Assembly (NCBI GenBank): GCA_051294375.1
Contig: CM119270.1
Location: forward strand, 20,231,021 to 20,295,020
Reading direction: 5' to 3'
Source of the DNA: Paraspadella gotoi
Lineage: Eukaryota; Animalia; Chaetognatha
DNA: 64,000 nt
Below, one piece after another: positions 41,732 through 54,182 of this stretch. Numbering within the stretch: the stretch's first letter is position 1; the number at the start of each line of letters is the position of its first letter. The notes below the pieces were generated by a model. It was given only the letters and a program-made list of their open reading frames with translations. It searched no databases and had not been told where the DNA came from. The translations under genes were made by a program, and so were the position numbers.

Positions 41732-42142
41732 ATGCGGCGCCCGTAAAACTGAAATAGAGACAGAGAGATGAGGTTGCCACGACTTCCAAGGCTTATCAAT
41801 TCCTTCATCGAACTTCGGAAAGAAAAGTCAAGTTTCTTCTTCTGAGGAGAAAATCCTTCGTAAGCCTTTGAAACGTCTCGTCAAACTGAACTCCTGACTT
41901 CACCTTTCTCACCTGGCGACGATTTACTCACCCTGGCAACAAAACTGGTACACCCTCAACCTGGCTTGGCTCTCCGAGCGGAATCGGTCCTGGATGGGCC
42001 TGCCAACCTCACCAAGCTGGCCGCCTTTTTACACGCGAATTGACCGTGCGACGCGTGGTTCCGTCATACGGATGGAAAACGGGGACTCGTGGTTTAGCGA
42101 GAATCGATGCGCGACTACAGGAAAGACGCGCGCAATTTGAAA
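41732..42142 (+). CDS. Possible additional or alternative exon of the giant-exon gene (other copies at ~21820-22235 and ~36440-36860)
   Basis: GC-richer island in AT-rich intron. With several single-base corrections it reads DEVATTSKAYQFLHRTSEEKSS..EEKILRSLETSRQTEPPTSP..SPRQQKLVHPQPGLALRAESVLDGPANLTKLAAFLHAN..REFDARLQERRAQFE, ending at a phase-1 gtgaac donor. No copy is fully open. Confidence 0.3.
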
Positions 42143-42969
42143 GTGAACGGGTCTATCAATAATCTGACATTTTTTAGATAAAAAACGGGCAGAACGAATG
42201 ATTGAATGAATGTTAATTAATGAATGATTACAACTCGGATGAATGATTAAAGGGGTAAATGAAAAACTGTTGCCATAAAATTGCCTCGTCAAGTCTTTTT
42301 CTTTTGAATGTTCTTGTTTTTTCCTGTTGTAAGTTCGTCACGAGATACATTTATTTATTTTCGGTCAAACTTTAATCTTTAATCATTTCGTTAATAAAAT
42401 TTTCAATTCAAACTAATGAGTTGTTTAAAAGCGCATTTAACTTTTGAATATCACTTTCTGAATATCGCTCTTTTGAATTCCGTGACAAATGACAAAGATA
42501 AACTGATTAGACAAAAAAATGAAACAAACGTGATTGAATATTCATCCTTTAAATTTTCGTCAACTTTCTCGATTTTTCTTTTCCTTTCATTTGTCTCGTG
42601 AACTTTTTTTTAATTTCTTTTTTTTTCGCAACTCACCTAACACGAGGCGAAGGACAAAGGCGAGTCGAAATGGAAAAAAACAGAAATTAAAAAAATAACA
42701 AGAACGGTACTTCCAATTGTTGCGCGCCGCAGTAACTTTATTATCACGTGTATTTCCTTTGATCACATGATGTGATATGACATAACTAAAAAACATTCTG
42801 TACCACATTATTTATGACATGCACTGCATCAAATTTCAATCTTTTATTACTTATAGTTTAAGGAATTCTGAAGGCGGCGCTAGCAGACCCTAATTTGAGG
42901 TTTTTTTCTGTCTTAACAAATGAGCAACCAACTATAGGCAAATATTTTTGCATTTTTAATCGTTAAGTG

Positions 42970-43080
42970 GGACAGACTGACGGACAGACATATCGAAGGG
43001 CCAACCGACTGATCAGACCGACCGACCGAAAAGTGACTTATAGAGTTGCTCCGTCAGTACTCGCGGCGAAACTAAAAAAG
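42970..43080 (+). mobile_element. Short Helentron/DINE-1(HINE)-like remnant: (GACA/GACC)n tract followed by a hairpin and A-run (copies at ~23057-23162 and ~37687-37795; related piece at ~10243-10320)
   Basis: gacagactgacggacagac...gaccgaccgaccgaaaagtgacttatagagttgctccg..cgcggcgaaactaaaaaa. Family assignment is by resemblance only. Confidence 0.35.
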
Positions 43081-43208
43081 AAAACGTAATTGAAATAAAG
43101 AGCGAACGAAAAAAAGGAGAAAAAAAAATTAACCTCCCTAATTGAATTAAAGGAAGAAAGGAGAAAGTATCAGAATCTCGGGAACATTCTCTCTCTGACT
43201 CTCTCTTC

Positions 43209-43266
<58 letters not shown>

Positions 43267-43888
43267 TCATCTTTTTTGTTCTTACACTTTCTACACCACT
43301 CTCATTACAAACATATTTTTAAAGACAGGAAACCTCAATATTTCGCCTTTTGTATTCAAACGTTTAAACTATATACTTAAAAAAATCCATTGATCATAGT
43401 TTTAATATTTATTCTAAATTTTTCTTCTTCCACTACTGAATATTGATATTTTTTTTTTCAGCGTAGACCAATTATTACAAACTAAGTGCGACAAGTTAAT
43501 TAACGGAAAAATGTTTAGGAAGAATGAAATTAAAAACTAAAAAAGCGTTAACATCAAAAATTCATTCCCGCTCGAAATAATACATTCCGAAAGCGAAACA
43601 AAGACCAAAGACAAAAACAAAAAACAAAAAATATTATCATCATTCGTCAAAACGAAATCGACATCCCTAAAAGCTATTCAAATCACAGTATAATCGCCGC
43701 AACGCAGTATAATTACTGTGCCATCGACGTATCTCATCAACATCAAAGTATAATCGCCGCATCTTAATGTAATTACAGCATCATCGACGCATTCTCATTA
43801 TCATCAATTCATCAAAGTATACAACGGTCCCCATCGCAGTATCATTCTGGCATTTTTCGGGCAATCGCTTGTCTCCCCCTTCTTCAGT

Positions 43889-43916
43889 ATGGCGTCGGAT
43901 CTGCCTCCCAAAGCTG
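43889..43916 (+). CDS. Mini-exon MASDLPPKA(E) of the giant-exon gene
   Basis: Polypyrimidine acceptor ccccttcttcag at 43887, ATG at 43889, donor CTG|gtgaga in phase 1. G+AA continues into the open frame EWSTAIENAIAGYE of the next exon. Confidence 0.7.
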
Positions 43917-44109
43917 GTGAGAAGATAACATTATATCATACTATTGTTATTTTATGTTATGATATTGTGTTATAATAGTGTTATTATGTTATTGTTACAT
44001 TTTAATTAAAATATTAATTTTTATTAACTTTTAAAGTTAATAGTTTCGCTTTATATATTTATTTTTTTTTTTTATTATTTTATTTATTTATTTATTTATA
44101 TTTTCACAG

Positions 44110-47100
44110 AATGGAGCACCGCCATCGAAAACGCCATCGCCGGGTACGAATCTCTCTCCGGTGGCAGCCGTCCCGGCAGCCGCCTGGACAGCGAACCGCA
44201 GCAGTCGACCCGGCAGCCGCCTTGACGACGCCGCCGACGCTAGACCGGCGTCACCGTCGCACCAGACAGCGACACAAATCCGAGGCGCTCCTCGATAAAA
44301 TCGCCGCCTTTGAAAAGAAGGAGGCCGAGGCGCCTTCCTCCGCCAGTGCGGCGCCGCTGCGCTGCCGGGGCCGCCGCCGCCGCACCAGCCGCACCAGCCG
44401 CACCAGCCGCTCCAGCGCCGACTTCCAAACGTCCGAGCCGCAAGGGAAGTCACGGCCAGCCCTCGCCTCTCTCAGAATTTTCTGGAAAAGAGACGCGACG
44501 AGGATACCGACGACGAAATCGAGGATCGCGACGACGAACGCCGAAAACGAGGCGGCGTCGCCGGCGCCGAATCGAAACCGGCGTCGAAATTGGCCTTGAA
44601 GTTGGAAATGCCGGCGGCGCCGTCGACAACGACGCCGACGACGCCGAAAGATTCTCTTCTCGAATTCGTTTGGATGAAAGGAAAAGCGTCCGAAGCGAAA
44701 TCAAAGTTCGAAGCTCTCTTCAAGAGAGAGAAGGAAGAGGCGAAGACGGCTCCGGACCCCAAGAAGTTCCACAGCCTCGGACGGAGCAGGACTCGGCACC
44801 GCAGCGGACCCAAGCTGTCCGACGTCTTCTCCAAGGACGACTCCTCGTCGGCTCGATCGACCGACAACTTGTTCAAACGATCGGGGTCTTCGGACTGCAT
44901 CTTGGACGAGAGCGTCGGCGGTGGAAGAGCGGCGGACTCGGCGGTTTCGCCGTCTTCGCCGTCGTCGTCGTTGGCGTTCTCTTTCGCTTCGTCGGTGGCG
45001 GCGGCGAGGGCGGCCTTCGAGAGAGGGGGCGAGGGAGAGGCGGCGAAAAAGACGACGACGAAGAAGACGAAAAAGACGACGACGACGACGACGACGACGA
45101 CGAATGAATCAAGGAAAAGTTCGTGGAAAAGTAAATTGACGCCGAAATCCTCGCCGGTTGAAAAATCGGCGCCGATGGAGGAATTTCCAGCGATACATAT
45201 GGAGGTTCCAGGGGAAACGATGTCGGAAATGCTGGAAAAACCGCCTCGGGTGGAACAGCAGCTGGAAACGATGTCGGAAGTGCTGAAAAAACCGACGCTG
45301 ATGGAAACGCGGCCGAAAACGACGTCAAACGAGACCAGAATGACGTCACCGCCGGCGGAAGATCCGGATGTGACATCATCGCCGGAGAAAGTGCCGGAAT
45401 TGATGTCAAAAAGTAGTCAAGTGACGTCATTGCCGATTACGGAACCAGAGTTGACGTCGATGGTTTTTGAAAATGAGACATCAATGGTTAAGGAGCCAGA
45501 AATTAGATCAACAATTGAAACTTCATTTGCAGCGACGGTGGAATCAACAGAATCGAAGTCAGGTCTAAAGGAAACAGAAATTGGGTTAGAGGGAGAAATT
45601 GAATCAATGTCAGGTCTAAAGGAAACAGAAATTGGGTCAGAGGGAGAAATTGCATCAATGTCAGGTCTAAAGGAAACAGAAATTGGGTCTGAGGGAGAAA
45701 TGATCTCGATCGAGTTTGAAAAAAACTTAATTGCATCAGGATCGTTGACTTCAGCTGCAGAAGAAGTCGATACAGATATAACATCTAATGAAATGGATAC
45801 TTCGTTAGTCTCATCAGAAATGATGTCATCAGAGTCTGATGTGACGATGACAGAAACGGATCAATCACTAGTGTCATCAGAAATAATTGCTCAGGAAACA
45901 GAAGAACCGACAACTTCGTCTGAAATGAAAGAATCAGAATTTTCATCAGTGGCATCAGAAATGACATTCAATGGAATCTATTCTGAGACCATCTCTACAG
46001 TCAAGGAAACAACATCGACCACATTATTTGAAACAACATCCACCACATCAGTGGAAACAACGTCCCCATCATGTGACTTGATGATTAAACCATCGCCTTC
46101 CACTCCACCATCATCCGCTTCTCCAAAATCTTCACCGACGGCGCCGCCGACTTCAAAACCGGCGCGAAACAAAACGCCGACAGTCTCTCCGGCGCCCAAA
46201 GTCTCCTCTCGGGCGTTGGCGGCGCGCCGGGCGTCCTTGACGCCGAAAGCCGAATCTCCCGGACCCCAGACGCCGAAATCTTCGCCGGTGACAAAGACGA
46301 CGACGACGACGCCATCTTCCAACGCCGCCTCCAGAACGTCTCCCATGCCGAAGGCGTCGTCTCGGGCCTTGGCGGCGGCGCGGGCGAGGGCGGCGTCGAT
46401 CGATGCCACGGCGTCATCGGGCGAAGACGCGAACTCGTCGGCCGAAGTTTCGCCAGAGGCGCGGGTGATTTATTTGACGCCGAAGGAAAGATCTCTGTCG
46501 CCGCGAGCAGCTGCTATCAAGAGACTCGCCGATTCGCCGAAAGAGGCCTTGCCTAAATCGTCTCCTGCATCAAAGGCGCTCCCGACGGGGTTCAAAGAAG
46601 ATTCTCCCGGCGTCGAAACGTCGCCCAGATCATCTCCGGCATCCAAAACCTTGACCACGACTCAAGGGGAGCTCAAAAAAATATCTCCGAGTTCAAAGTC
46701 GTCGCCGAAGGCTCAAATGACGGCGTCGAGTGCCTCCAAAGAGTCAACGCCGCCAACCATCTATCATCAAGAGAATGAAGTCAATGACCTTAAAAGCGAC
46801 GACTTCAACAACAACAACAACGGCCCGTCGCATGACATGATCATCATGAACAACGAGAGCGTCTTCAGCATCGAGGTCGTCGACGACGCCGTCGTCCACA
46901 GCAGCAACGTGCGTTCGGCCAAATCCAAAAAGGCAGGAAAAGCAGGAAAAGCCAAACCCCCTAAGGAAGACAAAGTGACCACATTGGAGACAATCGAAAA
47001 TGTGGACGTTGCTATCGAGGGACTCGCCAAGGGACAGTCCAAAGAAGCTTCTCCCGGCGTCGAAACGTCGCCCAGATCATCTCCGGCATCAAAAACCACA

Positions 47101-50100
47101 ACTCAAGCGGCGCTCAAAAAAATATCTCCGAGTCCAAAGTCGTCGCCAAAGGCTCTAATGACGGCGTCAGGTGCCTCCGAGGAGTCAACGCCGCCAACCA
47201 TCTATCGTCAAGCATCCAAGGAGTCGACGCCTTCAAGCATCTCCAGACAAGCATCCAAAGAGTCGACGCCTTCAAGCATCTCTAGACAAGCATCCAAAGA
47301 GTCGACGCCGCCAATCATTAATCGTCAAGCATCCGGCGTTGACGAAGAATCTCTTCGCGCAAAGAGAGAAGAGTACGATCGACCCTGGCAAAGGACGCCG
47401 CGGTCAACGCCGCCGAGAGAAACGACGCCGAGAGAAAGAACGCCGGTTTTGGCGCCATCTCCGAGAGCGACGCCGCCTCGAGAAACGACTCCGCGAGAAA
47501 GAACGCCGGTTTTGTCGCCCTCTCCTAGAGCGACGCCGCCTCGAGAAACGACGCCGAGAGAAAGAACGCCGGTTTTGGCGCCATCTCCGAGAGCGACGCC
47601 GCCCCGGGAAACGACGCCGAGAGAAAGAACGCCGGTTTTGTCGCCCTCTCCTAGAGCGACGCCGCTACGAGATTTAGATGGAAGAAAATCCAAGTCGTCT
47701 TCCCCGACCACGAGAGTTTTTGTGATTCCAAAGGCGCCGCCGCGAAAGTCGCCGACTCCCGAACCGCGAACGCGCGGCGCCAGTTCTCCTCGCGCCAAAG
47801 TCGCGGTGCCAACGGCGAAGGTGACGACCTCCAGCGGTGGAAGATCGCCGAGGGCGGTCGCTGCTGTTGTTGAGGATAGAAATGTAGAAGCTGATGTAGT
47901 GAATGATGTTGTTGATGTTGAGAATTCCAGAGAATCGGAGAGAGAAACTCCTGAAGCGTCTCCACAAAGTAATGAGGTGTTGCGACCGACTCCAGTCAAA
48001 CCTTTCTCTAAATCTTCGTCTCCATCGACGAGGTCGACTTCCGGATCGAGACGCTCGTCAGAATCGTCGTCGTCGCGGTCGGCGTCTTCGGCGTCGTCTC
48101 CCACCATCTCTTCGATGATGAAGACGAAAGAGGCGCCCGGAGATGGCGCCACAAAAAAGACGCCTCCCGCGAGACTAGCCGGAGTCGATTTGCCGAAATC
48201 TCCGAGGAGGAAGAAGAGCGCGACGCCACCGGCGGAAATGGAGAAGGCGACATCGCCGAGAAAAATGACGCCGCCGACGAGAGCCGTCGTTGCGGAGGCG
48301 GAAATGCCAGAAAGAGATCCGGCGAGAAAAGAGAAATCGCCGGATATTGCCGCATGCAAAGATTCGATGGAAAAAGTGAATGAAAAAGTAGATGAAATGA
48401 AAGAAAAATCTTCCGAAATTAATAATAAGAAAAATGAAATAACAAAGGAAGTGAAAGAGAATCAAGTGAATGACATTAAAAGCGACGACTTCAACAACTA
48501 CAACATCGGGGTCGTCGACGATGCCCTCGTCCACAGCAGCAACGTGCGTTCGGCCAAATCCAAAAAGGCGGGCAAGGCGGGCAAACCAGCCAAAGCGCCC
48601 AAAGAGGCCAAACCGCCTAAGGAGGTGAAAGTGACCATGTTGGAGACGATCGAAAATGTGGACGAATTGGAATTGAATTTCAAATCGAAAAAGAATCGAG
48701 TTTCTGTGGAAAAAATCGCCAACGATTCGTTTAAATCTTTGATTGAAGATTCGTTTCAAGTTGATGCGGAAAATAGTATCGCGGAAACTGTGGAGGTACA
48801 TGTGAAAAACAAAAGGCCAATTGTTGAAAATAAGAAAATGACTGATGATAATCAGAATCATTTGGAGACGAGAATGTCTGAAGATTCGTTAAAGAATGAG
48901 GAGAAAATGGTTATTTTAAATAATAATGATGTCAATAAACAAATGGAATCAACCGAAAAACTCCAAACTGAAATTCAAACTAAATTACCGAGAAATGAAA
49001 ATGAGCAATCTGAAAATTTGGCATCAACAAAGAATGACGATGATGATGAAGAAGGAAAGAGTAAATTCGTTGAATCATCTAAGGAAATGCTAGTAAATGA
49101 AGCTATAGAAAATAAAAGCATTTCATCAGAAAAAGATAACAATGAATTTGATAACAAAGTCAATTTAGAGGAAAATCAATTTCAATATAGAAGCGAATCC
49201 CTTGAAGAAACTTATGTGAAGATCTCAAATGAGGAACAATTGAATTTACAAACAGTATCCTTTGATGAACATACCAACTCATCGCAGTCAAATATAAGCG
49301 AATCATCTGAAGAAAATATCTCAGAAACTGGAAAATATGAAGATGATGATGAAGATGAATCATCTGTGGAAGATGAAAGTGAAAGTGAGACAGAATCTGT
49401 GGAAAGTCAATCTGAAACTGCATCACTCAAAAAATTTTCTGTTGAGGAAGATGATTTCTCCGTCGAAGAATTTGAAGCAGATGATTCTGCACCGATCAAA
49501 GAATTCTCTGGACGATCACCAGGACTTTCATTAAGTCTATCACAGTCCAAGTCACCGGAAGAGTCACCAATGGCATCTCCGGTTGGATCTTCAGTGAAAT
49601 CTCGGTCACCAGAAGTGGAATCATCTGTCAGCTCTGCTATCAAGTCAAGATCCGAATCCCCTGAAACCTCACAAAATACATCCTCTGTGGGTTCTCCGTT
49701 CAAGGAAAGATCTACTTCTCCTGAGGGATCACAATTAACATCACCGCTGGGATCCTCAATAAAGTCTCGTTCCATTTCACCTTCGGGATCTTCAATGAAA
49801 TCAAGATCAATTTCACCTCAAAAGTCTTCAACAGCATCTCCTGTTGGAACGCCAATCAAATCCCGATCCAAATCACCTGATCAGTCACCAATGAGATCTC
49901 CTCTTGATTCACCAACTAAACAAAGTTCCATTTCACCTGAAAGGTCTCCAATGGAATCCCCCATTAAATCAAGATCATCATCTCCAGGGAAATCGATGAC
50001 ATCATCTTCAATTGGTTCACCAACCAAAGAAAGATCTGAATCTCCTGGAACATCACCAATGGCCTCTCCTTTTTCTTCTCCAGTAAAAGAAAGATCTGAA

Positions 50101-52134
50101 TCACCAGAAAAGTCTCCAAGAGCTTTTGCAGTAGCATTCTCCGCCGAGGAAAGATCTTTATCACCTAAAAGCTCACTATTAAGATCTGAGGAAGGATCTA
50201 CATTTAAAGAAAGATCTGAATCACCAGAAAAGTCACCAAGAGCTTTTGAAGTAGCATTCTCAACCGAGGAAAGATCTTTGTCGCCTAAAAGTTTTCCATC
50301 AAGATCCAAGGAAGAATCTCCATTCAAAGAAAGATCTGAATCACCACAAAAATCACCAAGAGCTTTTGCAGTAGCATTCTCTGCCGAAGAAAGATCTTTA
50401 TTTCCTACAAGTTCACAATCAAGATCAAAGGAAGGATCACCATTTAAAGAAAGATCTTCGTCTCCTGAAAATTTATCTTCCATCGATTCATCCGCAGTAA
50501 AAGAGAAATCTTCATCACCTGAAAGATCTGCATCGCCAGAAAAATCGCCAATGGAATCTCCATTGAAATCAAGATCTTTATCACCCGAAAGGTCACTGTC
50601 TGAATCTTCGGTTGAATCTCCCATTAAATCTCGATCCGTTTCACCAGAAAAATCCTTGACCGCTTCACCAGCTGAGACTCCATTAAAAGAAAGGTCTACT
50701 TCGCCAGACATAACTGTGACCTCCTTGGTGGGAGCACCAATCACTAGTAAATCTCCATCTGTGTCTCCTAAGGCATCTCCAATAAGATCGCCCACCAAAT
50801 CAAGGTCTGAATCCCCAAATAAGTCGCCGATATCATCTGTAAAACCACTGAAGTTAAAATCAGAGTCTCCAGATTATTCAAGCCCGACCCCAGAAGTCGA
50901 GTACTTGGTCAGAACAGTCAATGAATCATTGGAAAACGTGCAGCATGAGGCATTGGAAACCAAAATTAATTCTTCAGACATCAAAGTCTCTGAAATAAAA
51001 AAATATCAAAGCGACATTTTGATCGCAGAAAAGGAAACTGAACAAATCATGCAATCGGAATACAAAGCTGAAGTTCAGCCCAAAGCCTTCACGACAGCTT
51101 TCTCATCGTCGACAAACGATTTAGATTCGAAACCTCCGGCTCCACCATCTAATCTTAATCATGAAGACGCCACTAAAGTGTCGGTTGTTGCTTCCAAACC
51201 CAAGTCTCGCCGCATCGCTCTTGGTCGCGCACAAGAGCGTCGTCGGAACGAGCTTGATGGTTCCCCCAATGAATCTGGGCTTCACAATATTATCAAAGTT
51301 ACTCCCAAATCAGTGACGTCGTCTTCTAACTCTTTGGTGGAGTTGTCCCAGTCAATTTCAATTCCGAGCAAGCCTTCATCCCTGGCATTGTCGTCAAAGC
51401 AACCGACGCTGACCAAGTCGATGCCGACGACGCCAATGCTCACTTCTCCAATGTCGATGTCGCCGATGCCGACTTCGCCGATGACGACCTCGCCAATGTC
51501 GAACTCGCCTATGCCGACTTCGCCTCCGCCGGAGTTGGTCGCTGGAAACTTTACCGAATTCAAGCGAAAAAATTCGGAATCGAGACTCGAGGATTTGGAC
51601 AAAAGAATAAACAGTTTGGTCGCATCGGAACACGATTCAGGAAAGACTTCGTTGCTCATGAATACCGATTTCATCAAAGCTTCGCCTTCTAATTTTCCTA
51701 AATCGAAGACTCTCGACAAGAAAGTCTTGGATTCTCTGCGGAGACCATCGGAACCTTTTTTGGACTCGGACATCAGCGTGTTTGATTGGGACAGGACGTC
51801 ACAAGACTCGGATCCCTTTGATTCGGCCTCGCAGCCGCCAACGTCGCCAACGTCGCCAACGCGCAGCAAAAGCGTCGACGACACGCTGGACTCCGACGCG
51901 GCGGCGCTGGAGCGCGCCAAACGCTTCCTTGCTCTTTACAACGTCGACTCGGACGTCGGATCCAACAAAAACTCCTTCACTTACAGCAAAGCGAATAACT
52001 ACAGCAGGGCAAACAGCTACAGCGACGCTGGAGCGGCGATGTCGAGGGCGGAGATTGCCAAGATGGAGCTGGAGGAGCGGATGAAGAAGCACAAGGATCG
52101 ACTCAACACTCTTACCAGGAAGAAGACGTTTCAG
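44110..52134 (+). CDS. Giant (~8.0 kb) coding exon of a very large Ser/Thr/Pro/Glu/Lys-rich low-complexity repeat protein
   Basis: Acceptor ttttcacag at 44109, uninterrupted ORF 44590-52215 (2541 aa), phase-0 donor TTTCAG|gtggat at 52134 where composition turns intronic. Apparent frameshifts in 44180-44590 are probably consensus errors, since copy C is open over the part it covers. Confidence 0.88.
45560..45710 (+). repeat. Coding tandem repeat, 3 x 48 nt (SGLKETEIG[LS]EGEI[EA]SM)
   Basis: Seen in translation and DNA (tcaggtctaaaggaaacagaaattggg x3). Confidence 0.95.
47407..47665 (+). repeat. Coding tandem repeat, 4 x 63 nt (TPPRETTPRERTPVL[A/S]PSPRA), preceded by RQASKESTP repeats (~47205-47335)
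   Basis: Seen in translation; A/S variants alternate. Confidence 0.95.
50086..50460 (+). repeat. Coding tandem repeat, 3 x 120 nt (KERSESPEKSPRAF.VAFS.EERSL.P...RS.E.S.F) within a longer RS-x-SP array
   Basis: Seen in translation; aaagaaagatctgaatcacca recurs at 120-nt spacing. Confidence 0.95.
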
Positions 52135-52397
52135 GTGGATAAAATATATAATATAAAACATATAATTCGACTTTATGCAAGATTTTTTACTAATTTAATC
52201 TTAAATACATTCTAGAGTTTAAACAAACAAAACTTTGGTTAAACTTTTTTAAAATTTATTTAATTAGCATATAGGTCATCCTTCATCAATAAGTAACGCC
52301 TATCATACTAATTTATATGACTCTCTTTCCCGTTTTGTATCATCAATGCACTAATTACATCGCATTGAACTATCTCTCACCCTTTTCCCGCCAACAG

Positions 52398-52626
52398 GGT
52401 CCGTTTCTGTCCGCCGACGCAGAGGCCGCCGCCGCAGCCGCCTCGACGAGGACCGCGACGACGACGACAGAGACAGAGACGGCGAAACCTTCGGTCAAAA
52501 TGGGAAAATGGATCTACGGTCGAGGTTACGTCGTCGAGGACGGAAACTCGAAAGAAATCAAGAAGAATTTCATCGACGAACAATTCTCTCAAATGAGCAA
52601 GAAGAGGGCCGAGCTCGCTTTTTACG
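52398..52626 (+). CDS. Downstream exon of giant-exon gene (GPFLSADAEAAAA...KRAELAFY)
   Basis: Acceptor ttttcccgccaacag (phase 0), donor TACG|gtgagg (phase 1); open frame. Confidence 0.85.
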
Positions 52627-53050
52627 GTGAGGGGAGAGAGAGAGGGAGATGGAGAGAGGGAGAAGAGGGGAGGGGGGAGAGGGAGACAGAGAGGAGAGAG
52701 GAAAAGAGAGGAGCAGTTAAGAAGTCAGCAGAAAGAGAAAAGATAAAGATCACGAAAAGAAAGAAAAAAAATTAAAATGGGGGAAGGAGGGGGGAGAAAA
52801 AAAAAATAACGAAAAAAGAAGTGATTTTAATCTGCGTTATCACTTTGCGATATTTACAAGGATTGGTAAAAATATATTAACCGAGACCCCAACTGACAAT
52901 TTATACATTAAAAGTAATGTATACAATCTAATATCTTTGTTGGCATACCATAATTCTTAACTTTAATATAATGTAAACTGGGTTGACGTTGCCTAGTTTC
53001 GCGACAATTTTAATTCCCGCTAATGCGCCTCCCCCAAATCTTTATTTTAG

Positions 53051-53080
53051 CCCTCAACTCTGAAGAGACCGAACTGGAGA
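53051..53080 (+). CDS. 30-nt symmetric micro-exon (ALNSEETELE)
   Basis: tttattttag acceptor, |gtgagt consensus donor, phase 1 in and out. Confidence 0.8.
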
Positions 53081-53617
53081 GTGAGTAGCGTCCCTTTAAA
53101 CCCTATTTCATTTTTTATTAGAAATAAAAATATCATTCGCTTAATTTTGAAATCTCAACCTAAATTTCAAAATATACTACTTTTTTCTACTCGAGTCGCT
53201 GGAGGTCGCTGGCTTTGCAGAAGGCTTTATAAAACAAAAGACAAACACTAACTCTTGCGAAACTTTTAAAATTGTTGCTTTTGTTTTGGTTTTGTTTTGT
53301 TTCATTTTGGTTCTCTCATCTGGATCTGCACGCAACGTTCGAACGCGACGTTTGCACGTGCAATTGCACGCAGAAAATAAATAAAAATTTTTTTTTTTCA
53401 TTTCATGTCATCTGTTATTTATAAAAACATTTTTTTTAATTATAAGAAATTCGTCGCATTCTTAGCTTTTCCCTAACTTTTTTTTCCTTTTCTAAATTGT
53501 AAATTAACGCTTTGATTTTAATTAAAATCGCTTTGATTATATTATATTAACGAGTTTAACTTGAAATTTAACGAAATCTCTCATTTTATTTCTGCATTTT
53601 GTTGGTCTTTTGTTCAG

Positions 53618-53705
53618 GAAGCGACAGTTTGACTGAATCACAACGTGGCGTCTTGGAAAGACTCAAGCAGAAAGATACGCGCCCTTACGGTGGACCCGCT
53701 ATCAG
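53618..53705 (+). CDS. Exon (RSDSLTESQRGVLERLKQKDTRPYGGPAIR)
   Basis: cttttgttcag acceptor (phase 1), AG|gtaatt donor (phase 2); open frame. Confidence 0.85.
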
Positions 53706-53985
53706 GTAATTGGCTAATGTTTGGCTCTGTAATCCATCAACTCAAATTCACAATAATATTCCCCGATCTAATACTTAAGGGAGTGGTCTTTTCATACAAT
53801 TGAAACTTTCTTTGAAATGTTTTACTACTTCATTGATAGGGAAGCCAGGTACTCTGGGAGTGAATAAACGTGACTGTGAGAGTCTTGATTGAAAGCTCGC
53901 TATGTCATTATCTTGTAAGAGTGATGGAGGCCTTAAAACAACAAAGCCTGTCCAAAATCAGGGGCAAGTTAGCTTATTAATTAAA

Positions 53986-54024
53986 TGAATGGATAATTTT
54001 TATATTGGTTGTACCAATTTCATA
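53986..54024 (+). repeat. 39-bp dispersed repeat TGAATGGATAATTTTTATATTGGTTGTACCAATTTCATA (identical at 61471-61509 and 62669-62707)
   Basis: Three identical copies. Diverged copies at ~18647-18680 and ~14843-14877. Contains hairpin ATTGGT-TGT-ACCAAT. Confidence 0.9.
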
Positions 54025-54182
54025 ATAAATATATATTTTTTTCATTAATTATAAAATTACCCAATTGATTCAGTCACGAACTCAAGTATGTTATTAAACA
54101 ATATTTTTCATTCCCTATGATAAATGTCTTTTTTTTTTCATCGACCAAGCAAGCAATAACCAATCAATCAATCAAATTCCAG

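Noticed and set aside
47407-47665. Regularly spaced repeats as a possible CRISPR array (also 45560-45710 and 8795-9200)
   Set aside because: Head-to-tail tandem repeats without unique spacers, in frame inside a eukaryotic exon or in a minisatellite; no cas genes.
44088-52161. Long antisense ORFs (e.g. 47325-48359, 49881-50798) opposite the giant exon
   Set aside because: Expected shadows of repetitive Ser/Pro/Thr-biased coding sequence; no independent evidence.
52135-52215. Last 26 residues of the 2541-aa ORF (VDKIYNIKH...) and the flanks of ORF 52317-52775
   Set aside because: Read-through into AT-rich or GA-rich intron sequence beyond in-frame splice sites.
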